Assembly (NCBI GenBank): GCA_038209745.1
Contig: JBBQXJ010000038.1
Coordinates: 1-42,049 of the forward strand
DNA from: Verrucomicrobiota bacterium
GTDB taxonomy: Bacteria > Verrucomicrobiota > Verrucomicrobiia > Limisphaerales > CANJSG01
DNA length: 42,049 bases
Reading direction: 5' to 3'
The notes under the pieces are model-generated. The model was not told the DNA's origin, ran no database searches, and worked only from the letters and a program-made list of their open reading frames with translations. This document shows positions 9,207-18,032 of the stretch, piece by piece; positions within the stretch are counted from its first letter, which is position 1, and every line of letters starts with the position of its first letter. Both the position numbers and the translations under genes were made by a program.

Positions 9207-9686
9207 GTGGATTCGCAGAAGCTCAAAATCGTGACGGGCGATCTGCTGGATCAGCCGGTAGAGGCGATTGTGAACGCATGGAACAGAAATGTGATTCCTT
9301 GGTGGCTATTGTTACCGCAAGGGGTCTCTGGGGCGATCAAGCGGCGCGGGGGCTTGGATCCTTTTCGAGAGGTCGCCAAGTTGGGTCCGATTCCTCTGGG
9401 TGGAGCGGTGATGACTTCGGCCGGACGGCTGCCTTTCAAGGGGATCATCCATGTCGCCGGGATCAATCTCTTTTGGCGATCGTCGGAATACTCCGTTCGA
9501 AGGTCGGTTCGGAGTGCGGTCGATCTCGCCCGACACCATCGGATTCGGAGTTTGGCTTTTCCCCTCATCGGAGCCGGGTCAGGAGGTGGAAATGCTCAAC
9601 AGATTGAACAGTTGATGGTCCAGGAATTAGGGAACTTGGAATTCGACGGACAAGTGACACTTGTTCGCTTCAGTGGTGCAGGATGA
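9207..9686 (+). CDS. Macro domain protein (ADP-ribose binding/hydrolase, Appr-1-p family)
   Basis: GDL, AIVNAWN, GVSGAI, IIHVAG, SLAFPLIGAGSGG. Start uncertain (GTG 9195 or 9207). Confidence 0.9.
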   Translation: MDSQKLKIVTGDLLDQPVEAIVNAWNRNVIPWWLLLPQGVSGAIKRRGGLDPFREVAKLGPIPLGGAVMTSAGRLPFKGIIHVAGINLFWRSSEYSVRRSVRSAVDLARHHRIRSLAFPLIGAGSGGGNAQQIEQLMVQELGNLEFDGQVTLVRFSGAG

Positions 9687-9866
9687 TTTAACGGAGGGCT
9701 ACCTTGGCGAACTGAATGGAAGAACGACGGCCCTTTGTTAAAAACAATAGCGCTAACGGGAGTGAGTTGGCTTCCGTTAAACAGTCGGGAAAGAGGTATG
9801 CCATGAAGATTTGAGGAGAAAAATTGGAGTTCTCTGGAATTAGTTGTCGGTTTTGGAGAACCCGCG

Positions 9867-9894
9867 TTGACAGAGGCGGGTCTTTCCCTAGGGT
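9867..9894 (+). promoter_or_regulatory. Sigma-70-type promoter of rpsU
   Basis: TTGACA-16 nt-TAGGGT, followed by an AAGGAG Shine-Dalgarno before the ATG. Confidence 0.55.
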
Positions 9895-9963
9895 TCCCTC
9901 TCCCGACTCGGAGGCCGATGGGCGAAGACCCACCGGCGAGTCCAAGGAAGGAGTGAAAATGAC

Positions 9964-10161
9964 ATGACTGAGATTAAGCTCAAAAAAGGCGAACCCGTTG
10001 ACAAGGCTTTGCGCCGCCTCAAAAAGAGGTTGGACCGCGAAGGCACCTTGAAGGACGTCCGTAGCCACCGTCATTACGAGAAGCCGAGCGAACGCCGTCG
10101 TCGCAAGATGAAAGTCGCCCGGTTCAGCGCAATGCTCTCCGCTCGCTACGCGGACCAGTAA
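9964..10161 (+). CDS. rpsU: 30S ribosomal protein S21
   Basis: 65 aa basic protein with GEPVDKALRRLKK and HYEKPSERRRRK. Confidence 0.97.
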   Translation: MTEIKLKKGEPVDKALRRLKKRLDREGTLKDVRSHRHYEKPSERRRRKMKVARFSAMLSARYADQ

Positions 10162-10184
10162 TCGAATCGTTTTGATCCTTTGCC

Positions 10185-10223
10185 GCCGGATGTGGTGTCC
10201 TCACCACATCCGGCTTTCGTTTT
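10185..10223 (+). terminator. Intrinsic terminator after rpsU
   Basis: Perfect 13-bp stem GCCGGATGTGGTG-TCCT-CACCACATCCGGC followed by TTTCGTTTT. Confidence 0.85.
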
Positions 10224-10330
10224 GCTCGAATCTGTTGCGGCATGCTTTAAACCCGTCGACGGAACGGTCGTGCAGCAAATGAGTTCCGCCAAAGGTTGGC
10301 GGTGCCTAACGTCGGGGTAGAACCAAGCCA

Positions 10331-11242
10331 ATGTATTCGTTGTCAACCTGCTGGAATTCGCATCGACACCAAGACGGTCGGGCGATGCTGAACGAGATCA
10401 AGGAGTTGGGATTCGAGTATGCCGAACTCAGCCACGGGATCCGGATCAGCCTGTTGCCGGGCATTTTGGAGGCCGTCGATGCCGGGGAGATCCGGATTTC
10501 CACTCTGCATAATTTCTGTCCGCTGCCGATGGGGGTCAACCATGCGGCGCCGAACATCTTCAAATTCACCGCTCTGGACCCTCGGGAACGGGAAAGCGCC
10601 TACAAGCATTCGCTGAAGACCATTGAATTGGCCCAGCGGGTCGGAGCACGGCTGGTCGTCCTCCATATGGGGGCTGTGGAAATGAAGGACTACACGGACA
10701 AGTTGGTGGACATGGTGGGGGACGGGAAGCGGGAGACGCCCAAATACGAAAAGCTCTTCACGGACATGGTGGAGAAGCGGGAAGACAAGAAGGCGGAGCA
10801 TTGGGAACTCGCCTGCGACATGCTCCGGCGATTGGCGGAGAAGGCGGGTGAAGCCGGCATCATGCTTGGAATCGAAAACCGGGAGGCCTGTGAGGAAATC
10901 CCGTTCGAGAGCGATTTCACCGACATGCTGGATGTGGGGCCGAACGAGGTCGTGAAGTATTGGCACGACTGCGGGCACGCGCAGATCAAGGAACACATCG
11001 GCCTGATCGACCACAATTTCCATCTGACGGGGCTGATCGACCGGTTGGCCGGTTTTCATATCCACGACGTGGAGTTCCCCGGGCGGGACCATCGACCGCC
11101 GGGAAGAGGCTGCATCAACTGGGATGTGATCACACCGCTGGTCCGGCCCGATCACATCAAGGTCTTCGAGTTCAGCCCGAGTCTCACGCCGGACGACGTG
11201 TTGGCGGGCTCAACCTTCATTCGACAGCTCTGGGGTGAGTGA
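10331..11242 (+). CDS. Sugar phosphate isomerase/epimerase (xylose isomerase-like TIM barrel)
   Basis: TLHNFCP, VVLHMG, GIENRE, YWHDCGH, HIHD, DHRPPG metal-binding pattern. Confidence 0.85.
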   Translation: MYSLSTCWNSHRHQDGRAMLNEIKELGFEYAELSHGIRISLLPGILEAVDAGEIRISTLHNFCPLPMGVNHAAPNIFKFTALDPRERESAYKHSLKTIELAQRVGARLVVLHMGAVEMKDYTDKLVDMVGDGKRETPKYEKLFTDMVEKREDKKAEHWELACDMLRRLAEKAGEAGIMLGIENREACEEIPFESDFTDMLDVGPNEVVKYWHDCGHAQIKEHIGLIDHNFHLTGLIDRLAGFHIHDVEFPGRDHRPPGRGCINWDVITPLVRPDHIKVFEFSPSLTPDDVLAGSTFIRQLWGE

Positions 11243-12342
11243 AACAGGGGCGTTCATGGATCGGATTGGCGGGGCGCCTGATCATCTGCGCCCTGCTGCT
11301 GACATGGATTTGCCACGGTATTTTCCTGAAAGAAGGCGAGGAATTCGCGAAGACGAACGGCCTCGATTGGGAACGCTTTTCCCGCACTGAACAATGGCGT
11401 CAGGCTTGGGCCCATGGGCCGGGTGAACTGTGGCGCACCGTGCAGGCGATTCCTCCCGGTGTCTTCGGTCTGTCGCTCTTCTGGATGGGCCTGACCATCG
11501 TGTTGGGTGTCGTCCGGTGGCGGGTGGTGCTGGCCCAGCAGGGAATCCGCCTGACGTTTGGACGCGCGGCGGGCATCACGCTGGTCGCGCAGTTCTTCAA
11601 TTCCTTCCTCCTCGGCTCAAGCGGCGGCGATCTGGTCAAGGCTCTCTATGCGGCGCGGGAGACCCATCATCAAAAAACGGAGGCGGTGGTGGCGGTGTTT
11701 GTGGATCGTTTGGTGGGCCTATGGGCGATGCTCCTCTTTGCCGGGATCATGATGGTGCCGAACGTGGAACTGATCCGGAGCGATGATCGGTTGGAGGCCG
11801 TTTGCGGGGTGATCCTGATGATGTTGGCGGCGGGAAGCGCCTTCTTGGGAGTGGCCTTCTGGAGTGGTTTGTCCAAGCAGCTGCCGGCCGCACGGAAATG
11901 GCTTCGCAAAGTGCCCAAAGGGGCCGCGCTGGAGCGGTCGCTGGATGCCTGTCGAAGTTTTGGCCGTGACCCCGTTTTTTTGGTGAAGGCGCTCGGGATC
12001 TCGATGCTGCTGAACGCGGCCTGTGTCGTGCAGTTCATCACCATCGCCCGGGGGCTCGAACTGGACGTTCCGGTTGGAGTCCTGGCCATGATGGTTCCGA
12101 TGGTGATCTGCATCGCGGCGCTGCCGATCACGCCGAGCGGGTTGGGGGTGCGGGAAAACCTGTTTGTGCAGTTGCTTGGAATCCCGTTGATCGCCGCCTC
12201 TGCGAAGCTTGCCCTGGCCCTGTCGTTGCTGGCGTTCGCGGGAAGCCTCGCGTGGAGCTTGGCCGGGGGGGGCGTCTATCTTTTCATGAAGCAGCGCCAG
12301 CATCTCGACGAAGTGACACGAGGAAACTCCGAAGCGCAGTGA
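11239..12342 (+). CDS. Lysylphosphatidylglycerol synthase TM-domain (flippase-like, UPF0104) membrane protein
   Basis: Multiple hydrophobic helices; RWR, FFNSFLLGSSGGD, DRLVG, LPITPSGLGVRE. GTGA overlap with the upstream gene. Confidence 0.88.
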   Translation: MKQGRSWIGLAGRLIICALLLTWICHGIFLKEGEEFAKTNGLDWERFSRTEQWRQAWAHGPGELWRTVQAIPPGVFGLSLFWMGLTIVLGVVRWRVVLAQQGIRLTFGRAAGITLVAQFFNSFLLGSSGGDLVKALYAARETHHQKTEAVVAVFVDRLVGLWAMLLFAGIMMVPNVELIRSDDRLEAVCGVILMMLAAGSAFLGVAFWSGLSKQLPAARKWLRKVPKGAALERSLDACRSFGRDPVFLVKALGISMLLNAACVVQFITIARGLELDVPVGVLAMMVPMVICIAALPITPSGLGVRENLFVQLLGIPLIAASAKLALALSLLAFAGSLAWSLAGGGVYLFMKQRQHLDEVTRGNSEAQ

Positions 12343-12365
12343 ATCGGAAACGGGCCGCGGGAGGG

Positions 12366-12439
12366 TGGTTGTCCGACATGGATTCGAACCATGACTAAAG
12401 CCTTCAAAGGGCTCTGTGCTACCATTACACCATCGGACA
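12366..12439 (-). tRNA. tRNA-Gln (anticodon TTG)
   Basis: TGTCCGATGGTGTAATGGTAGCACAGAGCCCTTTGAAGGCTTTAGTCATGGTTCGAATCCATGTCGGACAACCA folds as a cloverleaf with GTTCGAATCC T-loop and encoded CCA. Confidence 0.97.
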
Positions 12440-12587
12440 CTCCTCCAGCCAATAAACCCGTCGAACTTCCCGGTGCCAAGCCTTTTCCAAGACAGAGATG
12501 CCCGGTTCCGCTCGAAGCTCAACCTTTCGCCGTCGCGGCCGATTAGTTGGAGCGTCTCCTCCATTGATTGGTGGAGATCGCCGCACC

Positions 12588-13472
12588 ATGAAGATCGTAT
12601 CCACTCTCGCCGCCCTCGCCCTCGCCCTCGCTCCTCTAAGTGCAGTGCGTGCCTCGGACACCGGGGCTGAATCCGCAAAACTTCTTCGCCTGCTGCAACA
12701 GAGCACGCTCGCGCTGCTGAAGGAAGGCAATGCTCGCCACGTGGACGGGCACCCGCAACACCCGAACGAAGATCTAGTCCGCCGTGCAGCATTGGCGAAG
12801 AACGGTCAGGAGCCTTTGGCCACGATCATCGCCTGCTCCGACTCACGGGTTCCGGTCGAACAGGCGTTTGATCGCGGTGCCGGGGACATTTTTGTGATCC
12901 GCGTGGCCGGCAACGTGGCCGGAGACAGCGAGATCGCCTCCGTCGAATACGGGGTTGTTCACTTGGGCACGCCGATTCTCGTCGTCATGGGACACACCAA
13001 GTGTGGAACGGTGACGGACGTGGTGAAGGGGGCTGAGTTCCACGGACATTTGGCGGCATTGGCGCAGCTCATCAAACCAGCGGCGCACAAGGCGCTCGGT
13101 GAAGCCGCCAGTCCCGACGACGCGGTGCCTATCGCCATCCAGTTCAATGTTTGGCAGCAGATCGAGACCCTGTTGACCGAAAGCGACGACATTCGCGAGG
13201 CGGTCCGGTCGGGCCGGACTTTGATCATCGGCGCGGTCTACGACATTTCTTCGGGGAAGGTGGCGTGGCTTGGGCAGCATCCGCAGTTCGACCGGATCAT
13301 GGCCGCGCCGCTGACCGGAGCGAGGGTCCAGTCGGCGGCTCCAGCTTTGAATCAATACGAAGATCCGGGATTACCGGTGGAACATTCCCCACCGGTCTCC
13401 GGTCCGGGCCCGCTGCCACATCCCGCCCAGGTCCCAAGCCCGTCCGGACACCCCGTCGCCAGCGGCCACTGA
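12588..13472 (+). CDS. Beta-class carbonic anhydrase with signal peptide and Pro-rich tail
   Basis: LKEGN, CSDSRV, FVIRVAGN, GHTKCG zinc ligands; N-terminal MKIVSTLAALALALAP. Confidence 0.93.
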   Translation: MKIVSTLAALALALAPLSAVRASDTGAESAKLLRLLQQSTLALLKEGNARHVDGHPQHPNEDLVRRAALAKNGQEPLATIIACSDSRVPVEQAFDRGAGDIFVIRVAGNVAGDSEIASVEYGVVHLGTPILVVMGHTKCGTVTDVVKGAEFHGHLAALAQLIKPAAHKALGEAASPDDAVPIAIQFNVWQQIETLLTESDDIREAVRSGRTLIIGAVYDISSGKVAWLGQHPQFDRIMAAPLTGARVQSAAPALNQYEDPGLPVEHSPPVSGPGPLPHPAQVPSPSGHPVASGH

Positions 13473-13519
13473 TCCGTCTCCGGCTTGCTTCGGGTCCACG
13501 AGGACGGAAGACTCCGCCC

Positions 13520-14086
13520 ATGACCGAAGCCGAAGTTTTGCAGGTTTTCCGTGAATCCGGAGCCCTCCTCGAAGGGCACTTTGTCCTGCGCAGCGGCTTG
13601 CACAGCCGCCAATTCTTCCAGTGCGCGCTTGCGCTCCAGCAGATGCCGGTCGTGGAGCGGTTGGGGGCGGCTCTGGCGTCCAAGCTGAAGGCGCTGGGAG
13701 CGGTTACCGTGATCGCTCCGGCCATGGGTGGCTTGGTCATCGGCCAGGAAGTCGCCCGGCAGCTTGGACTTCGATTTATTTTCGTGGAGAAGGAAGATGG
13801 CAAGCTCGTCCTGCGACGAGGATTCAAGATCGCGGTGGGCGAGAAGATCCTCGTGCTGGAGGATGTTGTGACGAAGGGAGGCCGAGTCCAGGAAGCCATC
13901 GAGATTGTCCGCCAGAACGGCGGCGAGGTGGTCGGTGTCGCGATGGTGGTCGACCGTTCAAATGGGAAACTAAGTCTCGGGGCTCCGACGTTCAGTCTGT
14001 TGGCGTTGAACGTGGAGACATTCGACCCGAACCAGCTCCCATCCGACCTAGCAGCGACTCCCGCCGTTAAGCCAGGCAGCAAGTGA
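13520..14086 (+). CDS. pyrE: Orotate phosphoribosyltransferase
   Basis: GALLEGHFVLRSGLHS; PRPP motif LVLEDVVTKGG. Confidence 0.93.
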   Translation: MTEAEVLQVFRESGALLEGHFVLRSGLHSRQFFQCALALQQMPVVERLGAALASKLKALGAVTVIAPAMGGLVIGQEVARQLGLRFIFVEKEDGKLVLRRGFKIAVGEKILVLEDVVTKGGRVQEAIEIVRQNGGEVVGVAMVVDRSNGKLSLGAPTFSLLALNVETFDPNQLPSDLAATPAVKPGSK

Positions 14087-14489
14087 GGCCGGCAGGGAAT
14101 AGACGCCGTCGAGCTGGATCTGGCGGTCAAAGAAACCGATGGCTGCCGGATCAGCGACGCTCAAGCTGCGCCGAAGCGCACTCCCGGCTATCGCATCGAC
14201 TGGTGGGTGACAGAGCAGGCCAATGGCCGAATCCAACGGCCCGCCGGTACCTCCGAAGGCAGAAGATCTTTTCGCCGAAGATGTTTCCTCATCATTGCCA
14301 GTAGGAGTTCGCTCGGAACTGCGGCTCGACCCGGGCGCTGAGATTTGTGGGATCGTTCTCAAAACCATCGCCGAGGAGCTCGGCGCCTCACGTGCTTGGG
14401 ACGACTCGGACATTGTCCATAACCCCGGGCGGGATTGGCCCGGGCAAACTTTCATTTTGCACCCGCCTCCCGCCTGCGTAGTTTCTGGC

Positions 14490-15323
14490 ATGAATAGTGA
14501 ACATCGCTCCGTGGAAGTAGCGGAGTCGCCAACCAGCGAATCCATGAAAAACCAGCTCCACGACAAACAAAACGAGCGCGACCATCGTGATCTTCGGATC
14601 GACAAAGTGGGCGTGCGCGGGCTCCGGTTTCCCATCCAGATCCGTGACAAGGAACGGGCCCACCAGCACACGATCGCCACCATCGGCATGTTTGTGGACC
14701 TCCCCAAGGAATTCAAAGGCACCCACATGAGCCGTTTCATCGAGGTGCTCAATGCCCATGGCCCCGTCGTTCACGTCGAGAACATCACGGAGATCCTCTA
14801 TGCGATGCAGAATAAGCTGAAAGCCCAGTCGGCCCACTTGGAAATGGAATTTCCATTTTTCCGGATGAAAAAGGCCCCGGTCTCAGGCAAGGAGGGTTTA
14901 ATGGACTACGAAGCCCGTTTCGACGCCACGGCGACGGGAAAAGAAATCGACTTCGTTCTGACGGTAAAGACCGGAGTCACAACGCTTTGTCCGTGCTCCA
15001 AAGCTATCAGCGCCTACGGTGCCCACAACCAGAGAGGAACCGTCACGGTCCAGATCCGCTCCACCCGGGCCATTTGGATCGAGGATCTGATCTCACTCGT
15101 CGAAGCCTCCGCCAGTTCCGAACTCTATTCTCTGCTGAAGCGGGAGGACGAAAAAGCAGTGACCGAGCGGGCCTACGAGAATCCAGTCTTCGTCGAGGAT
15201 CTGGTTAGGAATGTGGCGCTTCGGCTCAACAGCCACGACGATGTCACATGGTACAAAGTCGAGGCGGAGAATTACGAAAGCATCCACTCCCACAACGCTT
15301 ACGCTTGCATCGAAAAGGGCTGA
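14490..15323 (+). CDS. folE2: GTP cyclohydrolase I type B (FolE2)
   Basis: IDKVGV, KGTHMSRF, TLCPCSK, AHNQR, LKREDE, FVED, ESIHSHNA. Alternative start at 14544. Confidence 0.95.
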   Translation: MNSEHRSVEVAESPTSESMKNQLHDKQNERDHRDLRIDKVGVRGLRFPIQIRDKERAHQHTIATIGMFVDLPKEFKGTHMSRFIEVLNAHGPVVHVENITEILYAMQNKLKAQSAHLEMEFPFFRMKKAPVSGKEGLMDYEARFDATATGKEIDFVLTVKTGVTTLCPCSKAISAYGAHNQRGTVTVQIRSTRAIWIEDLISLVEASASSELYSLLKREDEKAVTERAYENPVFVEDLVRNVALRLNSHDDVTWYKVEAENYESIHSHNAYACIEKG

Positions 15324-15515
15324 TATTTGGGGCCTAATTGTGGCCTAATTCGCTTCCAATCAGCTGGTTGGCTTGATTTCTAAGGCGGACTCAAAACTCG
15401 AAGATTTTAGTGGCATCGAAAAAGCGTGCTGCTACAGTCTCGCACCCTTGAAACGGCTGGGTAATCCGCTTTTGAGGCGGCTTCGGTGTCAGACAGCAAC
15501 TGCAACGTCCTGCTT

Positions 15516-16097
15516 GTGAGCTCAAAGAAAAAAACAACTGAGAGAAAGACTCCGGTCGATAGCGGCCGTGTGGTCAGCGGCGCCACCGCCGCGTCCATTT
15601 TGGGTTCGATCGGTCGGAGTCCTAGGAGCGCGCCTGTGAAGGTGAAGCCCGAGTGGCAGAAATTCTATGCCAACCTCGTCGAATTGCGCGACCGGCTTCG
15701 GCTCCAGATGAATGGATTGGCGAAGGATTCCGCCGTTCAGATGGACAATTACAGCCTGCATATGGCTGATTCTGGCACCGACAATTTCGACCGCGATTTC
15801 GCTCTCAGTCTTCTCTCTTCCGACCAGGACGCCGTGTACGAGATCGAGGAGGCGCTGAAGCGCATCGAAAAAGACCTCTACGGCGTCTGTGAACTGACCG
15901 GAAAGCCAATTCCCAAGGCCCGCCTTGAAGCGATCCCTTGGACCCGTTTCACCGTTGAAGCCCAAGCCCAACTTGAGAAGGAAGGCGCTCTTCGACAGCG
16001 CCGTCTTGGATCTTTGGGTTCCGTGGACAGTGCCCAGAGCTCTGAACCGGACGACGATGATGACTCAGACGAAAAGCCTTTGAAGGAAAAGGAGTAA
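15516..16097 (+). CDS. TraR/DksA-family transcription factor lacking the 4-Cys zinc finger
   Basis: Coiled-coil tip HMADSGTD, EIEEALKRI, YGVCELTGKPIPKARLEAIPW with only one Cys. Start uncertain. Confidence 0.9.
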   Translation: MSSKKKTTERKTPVDSGRVVSGATAASILGSIGRSPRSAPVKVKPEWQKFYANLVELRDRLRLQMNGLAKDSAVQMDNYSLHMADSGTDNFDRDFALSLLSSDQDAVYEIEEALKRIEKDLYGVCELTGKPIPKARLEAIPWTRFTVEAQAQLEKEGALRQRRLGSLGSVDSAQSSEPDDDDDSDEKPLKEKE

Positions 16098-16100
16098 ACC

Positions 16101-16268
16101 ATGCCTCGTGAAATCGTAACTATCGAATGCACTGAAGCGCGCAAGGAGGGCAAACCGCCCTCCCGTTACACCACGACGCGCAACAAGAAACTTAAACCGG
16201 AGAAGTTGGAACTGAGGAAGTTCAACCCCAACCTCCGCCGTCACACTTTGCATCGGGAGATCAAATAA
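16101..16268 (+). CDS. rpmG: 50S ribosomal protein L33 (not in the supplied ORF track)
   Basis: Hand translation gives [63 protein letters not shown] upstream. Confidence 0.97.
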   Translation: MPREIVTIECTEARKEGKPPSRYTTTRNKKLKPEKLELRKFNPNLRRHTLHREIK

Positions 16269-16270
16269 CC

Positions 16271-16522
16271 ATGCCTCGCAAGACCAATACTGAAAAGAAG
16301 TCAGACCGTGGACAGCGCACCGAACGCCGCACGCCACGCCCGAAGCCCAAGACTGACTTCATCATCGACACGGTCGATTACAAGAACGTGACGCTGCTTC
16401 GGCAGTTTGTGACGGACCAAGGTCGGATTCTGCCCCGCAAATACACGGGGTTGCCGGCACAATATCAGCGGACCCTGACCAAGTGCATCAAGCGTGCGCG
16501 CCAGATGCTGTTGATGAAGTAG
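16271..16522 (+). CDS. rpsR: 30S ribosomal protein S18
   Basis: VDYKNVTLLRQFVTDQGRILPRKYTG...IKRAR. Confidence 0.97.
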   Translation: MPRKTNTEKKSDRGQRTERRTPRPKPKTDFIIDTVDYKNVTLLRQFVTDQGRILPRKYTGLPAQYQRTLTKCIKRARQMLLMK

Positions 16523-16544
16523 CCTTTCGGACCAGTTTTTCGGC

Positions 16545-16577
16545 AAAGCCCGCAGCTTATGAGCTGCGGGCTTTTTT
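16545..16577 (+). terminator. Intrinsic terminator after rpsR, possibly bidirectional
   Basis: AAAGCCCGCAGCT-TATG-AGCTGCGGGCTTT plus T-tract. Confidence 0.9.
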
Positions 16578-16779
16578 GCTGTGCCAGGGTGACTCTTTTG
16601 GGAGCGCCACTTACCATTCCCGTAGTCGGCTCCAGCCACCGTCGAGGTCAGGAGGTTAGGACGCCATCCGATGTATGATCGCTAAGCACGACCAAAGAAA
16701 GGGCGGGTCCTTCGCTTGGAAAAAATCCCAACTCTCTGTTCAATGCGGAGGCGGCGAGCCGTAGGGATTGGGAATGTCT

Positions 16780-16944
16780 TCAGGCGGACTGTTCGCCGGG
16801 ACCCCAGTCGGAGAGTCGGAGGATTTCCCGAACCTTCCGGCGCTCGTATCTGTTTTTTTGAGGTTTGGCGGGACGGCTGTCCGTTTGCCGGAACGGATGC
16901 TTCGTGCGAACTACTTCGGAGTTGCTGTCGCTGGATCTCATCAT
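16780..16944 (-). CDS. Small basic hypothetical protein (54 aa)
   Basis: MMRSSDSNSEVVRTKHPFRQTDSRPAKPQKNRYERRKVREILRLSDWGPGEQSA. AAAGGA RBS 8 nt upstream and a candidate promoter at the right distance. Confidence 0.7.
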   Translation of the reverse strand: MMRSSDSNSEVVRTKHPFRQTDSRPAKPQKNRYERRKVREILRLSDWGPGEQSA

Positions 16945-16978
16945 ATTTGTCATCCTTTCTGCCTTCGACTGAATTGAA

Positions 16979-16994
16979 AGCCTTGGGCGTGCCA
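16979..16994 (-). promoter_or_regulatory. Candidate sigma-54 (RpoN) promoter
   Basis: TGGCACGCCCAAGGCT has a perfect -24 element TGGCACG and exact GG-N10-GC spacing. The -12 element is imperfect (AGGCT vs TTGCW). Confidence 0.55.
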
Positions 16995-17177
16995 TGTCCG
17001 AACATGGAAAGGGGGAGCTCGAAACATGGGTATCTCGTGTTTTTTGCCAAGGTTCGACGGTCACGTTTATCCTATTTTCAGGAATGATCAAATGCGGGCT
17101 GCTCCAAATGATCATTTTTCGACACGCTGGCCTTTTCCCCTCTGGACTTGAGATTGGTCGTCATTAACTTCACGGCG

Positions 17178-18026
17178 ATGCAGCGCAAACTCACTCTTGG
17201 CCATTCGCCCGATCCAGACGACGCGTTCATGTTCTACGGGTTGGCCAAGAATCTCGTTCCCACTCACGGCTTCGCCTTTGAGCACATTCTCCAGGATATC
17301 CAGACTCTGAACGAGCGTGCGACCCGCGGAGAATTGGATATTTCCGCGGTTAGCATTCATGCCTACGCCTATGTCAGCGAACAGTATGCGTTGTTGCCGA
17401 GTGGTGCCAGCATGGGGGATGGCTACGGGCCGATGCTCGTCGCTAAGGAGAAGTTTTCCAGGGAAGAGGTGGCGCGGCGGAAGATCGCGGTCCCCGGGGA
17501 AATGACCAGCGCCTTTCTTGCGCTCCAACTCTGGCTCGGACGATTGGCGAACGAGATCGACTATGTCGTCGTCCCCTTCGATCAGATCTTTGCGGCCGTT
17601 CGTTCGGGCAAGGCCGATGTCGGACTGATCATCCACGAGGGGCAGCTCACTTATCAAAATGAAGGACTGACGCTCTGCGAGGATCTCGGCGTCTGGTGGG
17701 GGCGCGAGAATGACGGACTACCCCTTCCGCTCGGCGGAAACGTCATCCATAAGCGGTTCGATCCGGAGACCCGGCGGGCGATCTCCGACGTGCTGACGGC
17801 CTCCATCCGTTTCAGTCTTGAGCACCGGCCCGAAGCGGTGGAGCACTCGCTCCAGTTCGCTCGGGACATGGGAATCGATCTCGCCGACAAGTTTGTCGGC
17901 ATGTATGTGAACCACTGGACGCTCGATTATGGCGAAAAAGGTCGCGAGTCGATTCGGCGTTTCTTGGGCCAGGCGCATGAGCGCGGAATCATTCCCCATC
18001 GGCAGGAACTCGAATTTGTCGTCTGA
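17178..18026 (+). CDS. mqnD: 1,4-dihydroxy-6-naphthoate synthase (futalosine menaquinone pathway)
   Basis: LGHSPDPDDAFMF, DIQTLN, GDGYGP, IIHEGQLTY, LPLPLG, MYVN. Confidence 0.9.
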   Translation: MQRKLTLGHSPDPDDAFMFYGLAKNLVPTHGFAFEHILQDIQTLNERATRGELDISAVSIHAYAYVSEQYALLPSGASMGDGYGPMLVAKEKFSREEVARRKIAVPGEMTSAFLALQLWLGRLANEIDYVVVPFDQIFAAVRSGKADVGLIIHEGQLTYQNEGLTLCEDLGVWWGRENDGLPLPLGGNVIHKRFDPETRRAISDVLTASIRFSLEHRPEAVEHSLQFARDMGIDLADKFVGMYVNHWTLDYGEKGRESIRRFLGQAHERGIIPHRQELEFVV

Positions 18027-18032
18027 TCGGGT

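Noticed and set aside
12366..12439. tRNA-Gln as an integration site
   Set aside because: No duplicated tRNA 3' end or integrase seen in the window.
14090..14450. Possible gene or ncRNA between pyrE and folE2
   Set aside because: Open frames exist on both strands but none has motifs or a clear start, and I recognise no riboswitch consensus.
15411..15426. Sigma-54-like TGGCATC/GG-N10-GC upstream of the dksA-like gene
   Set aside because: Poor -12 element; an overlapping extended -10 (TGCTACAGT) explains the site better as sigma-70 type.
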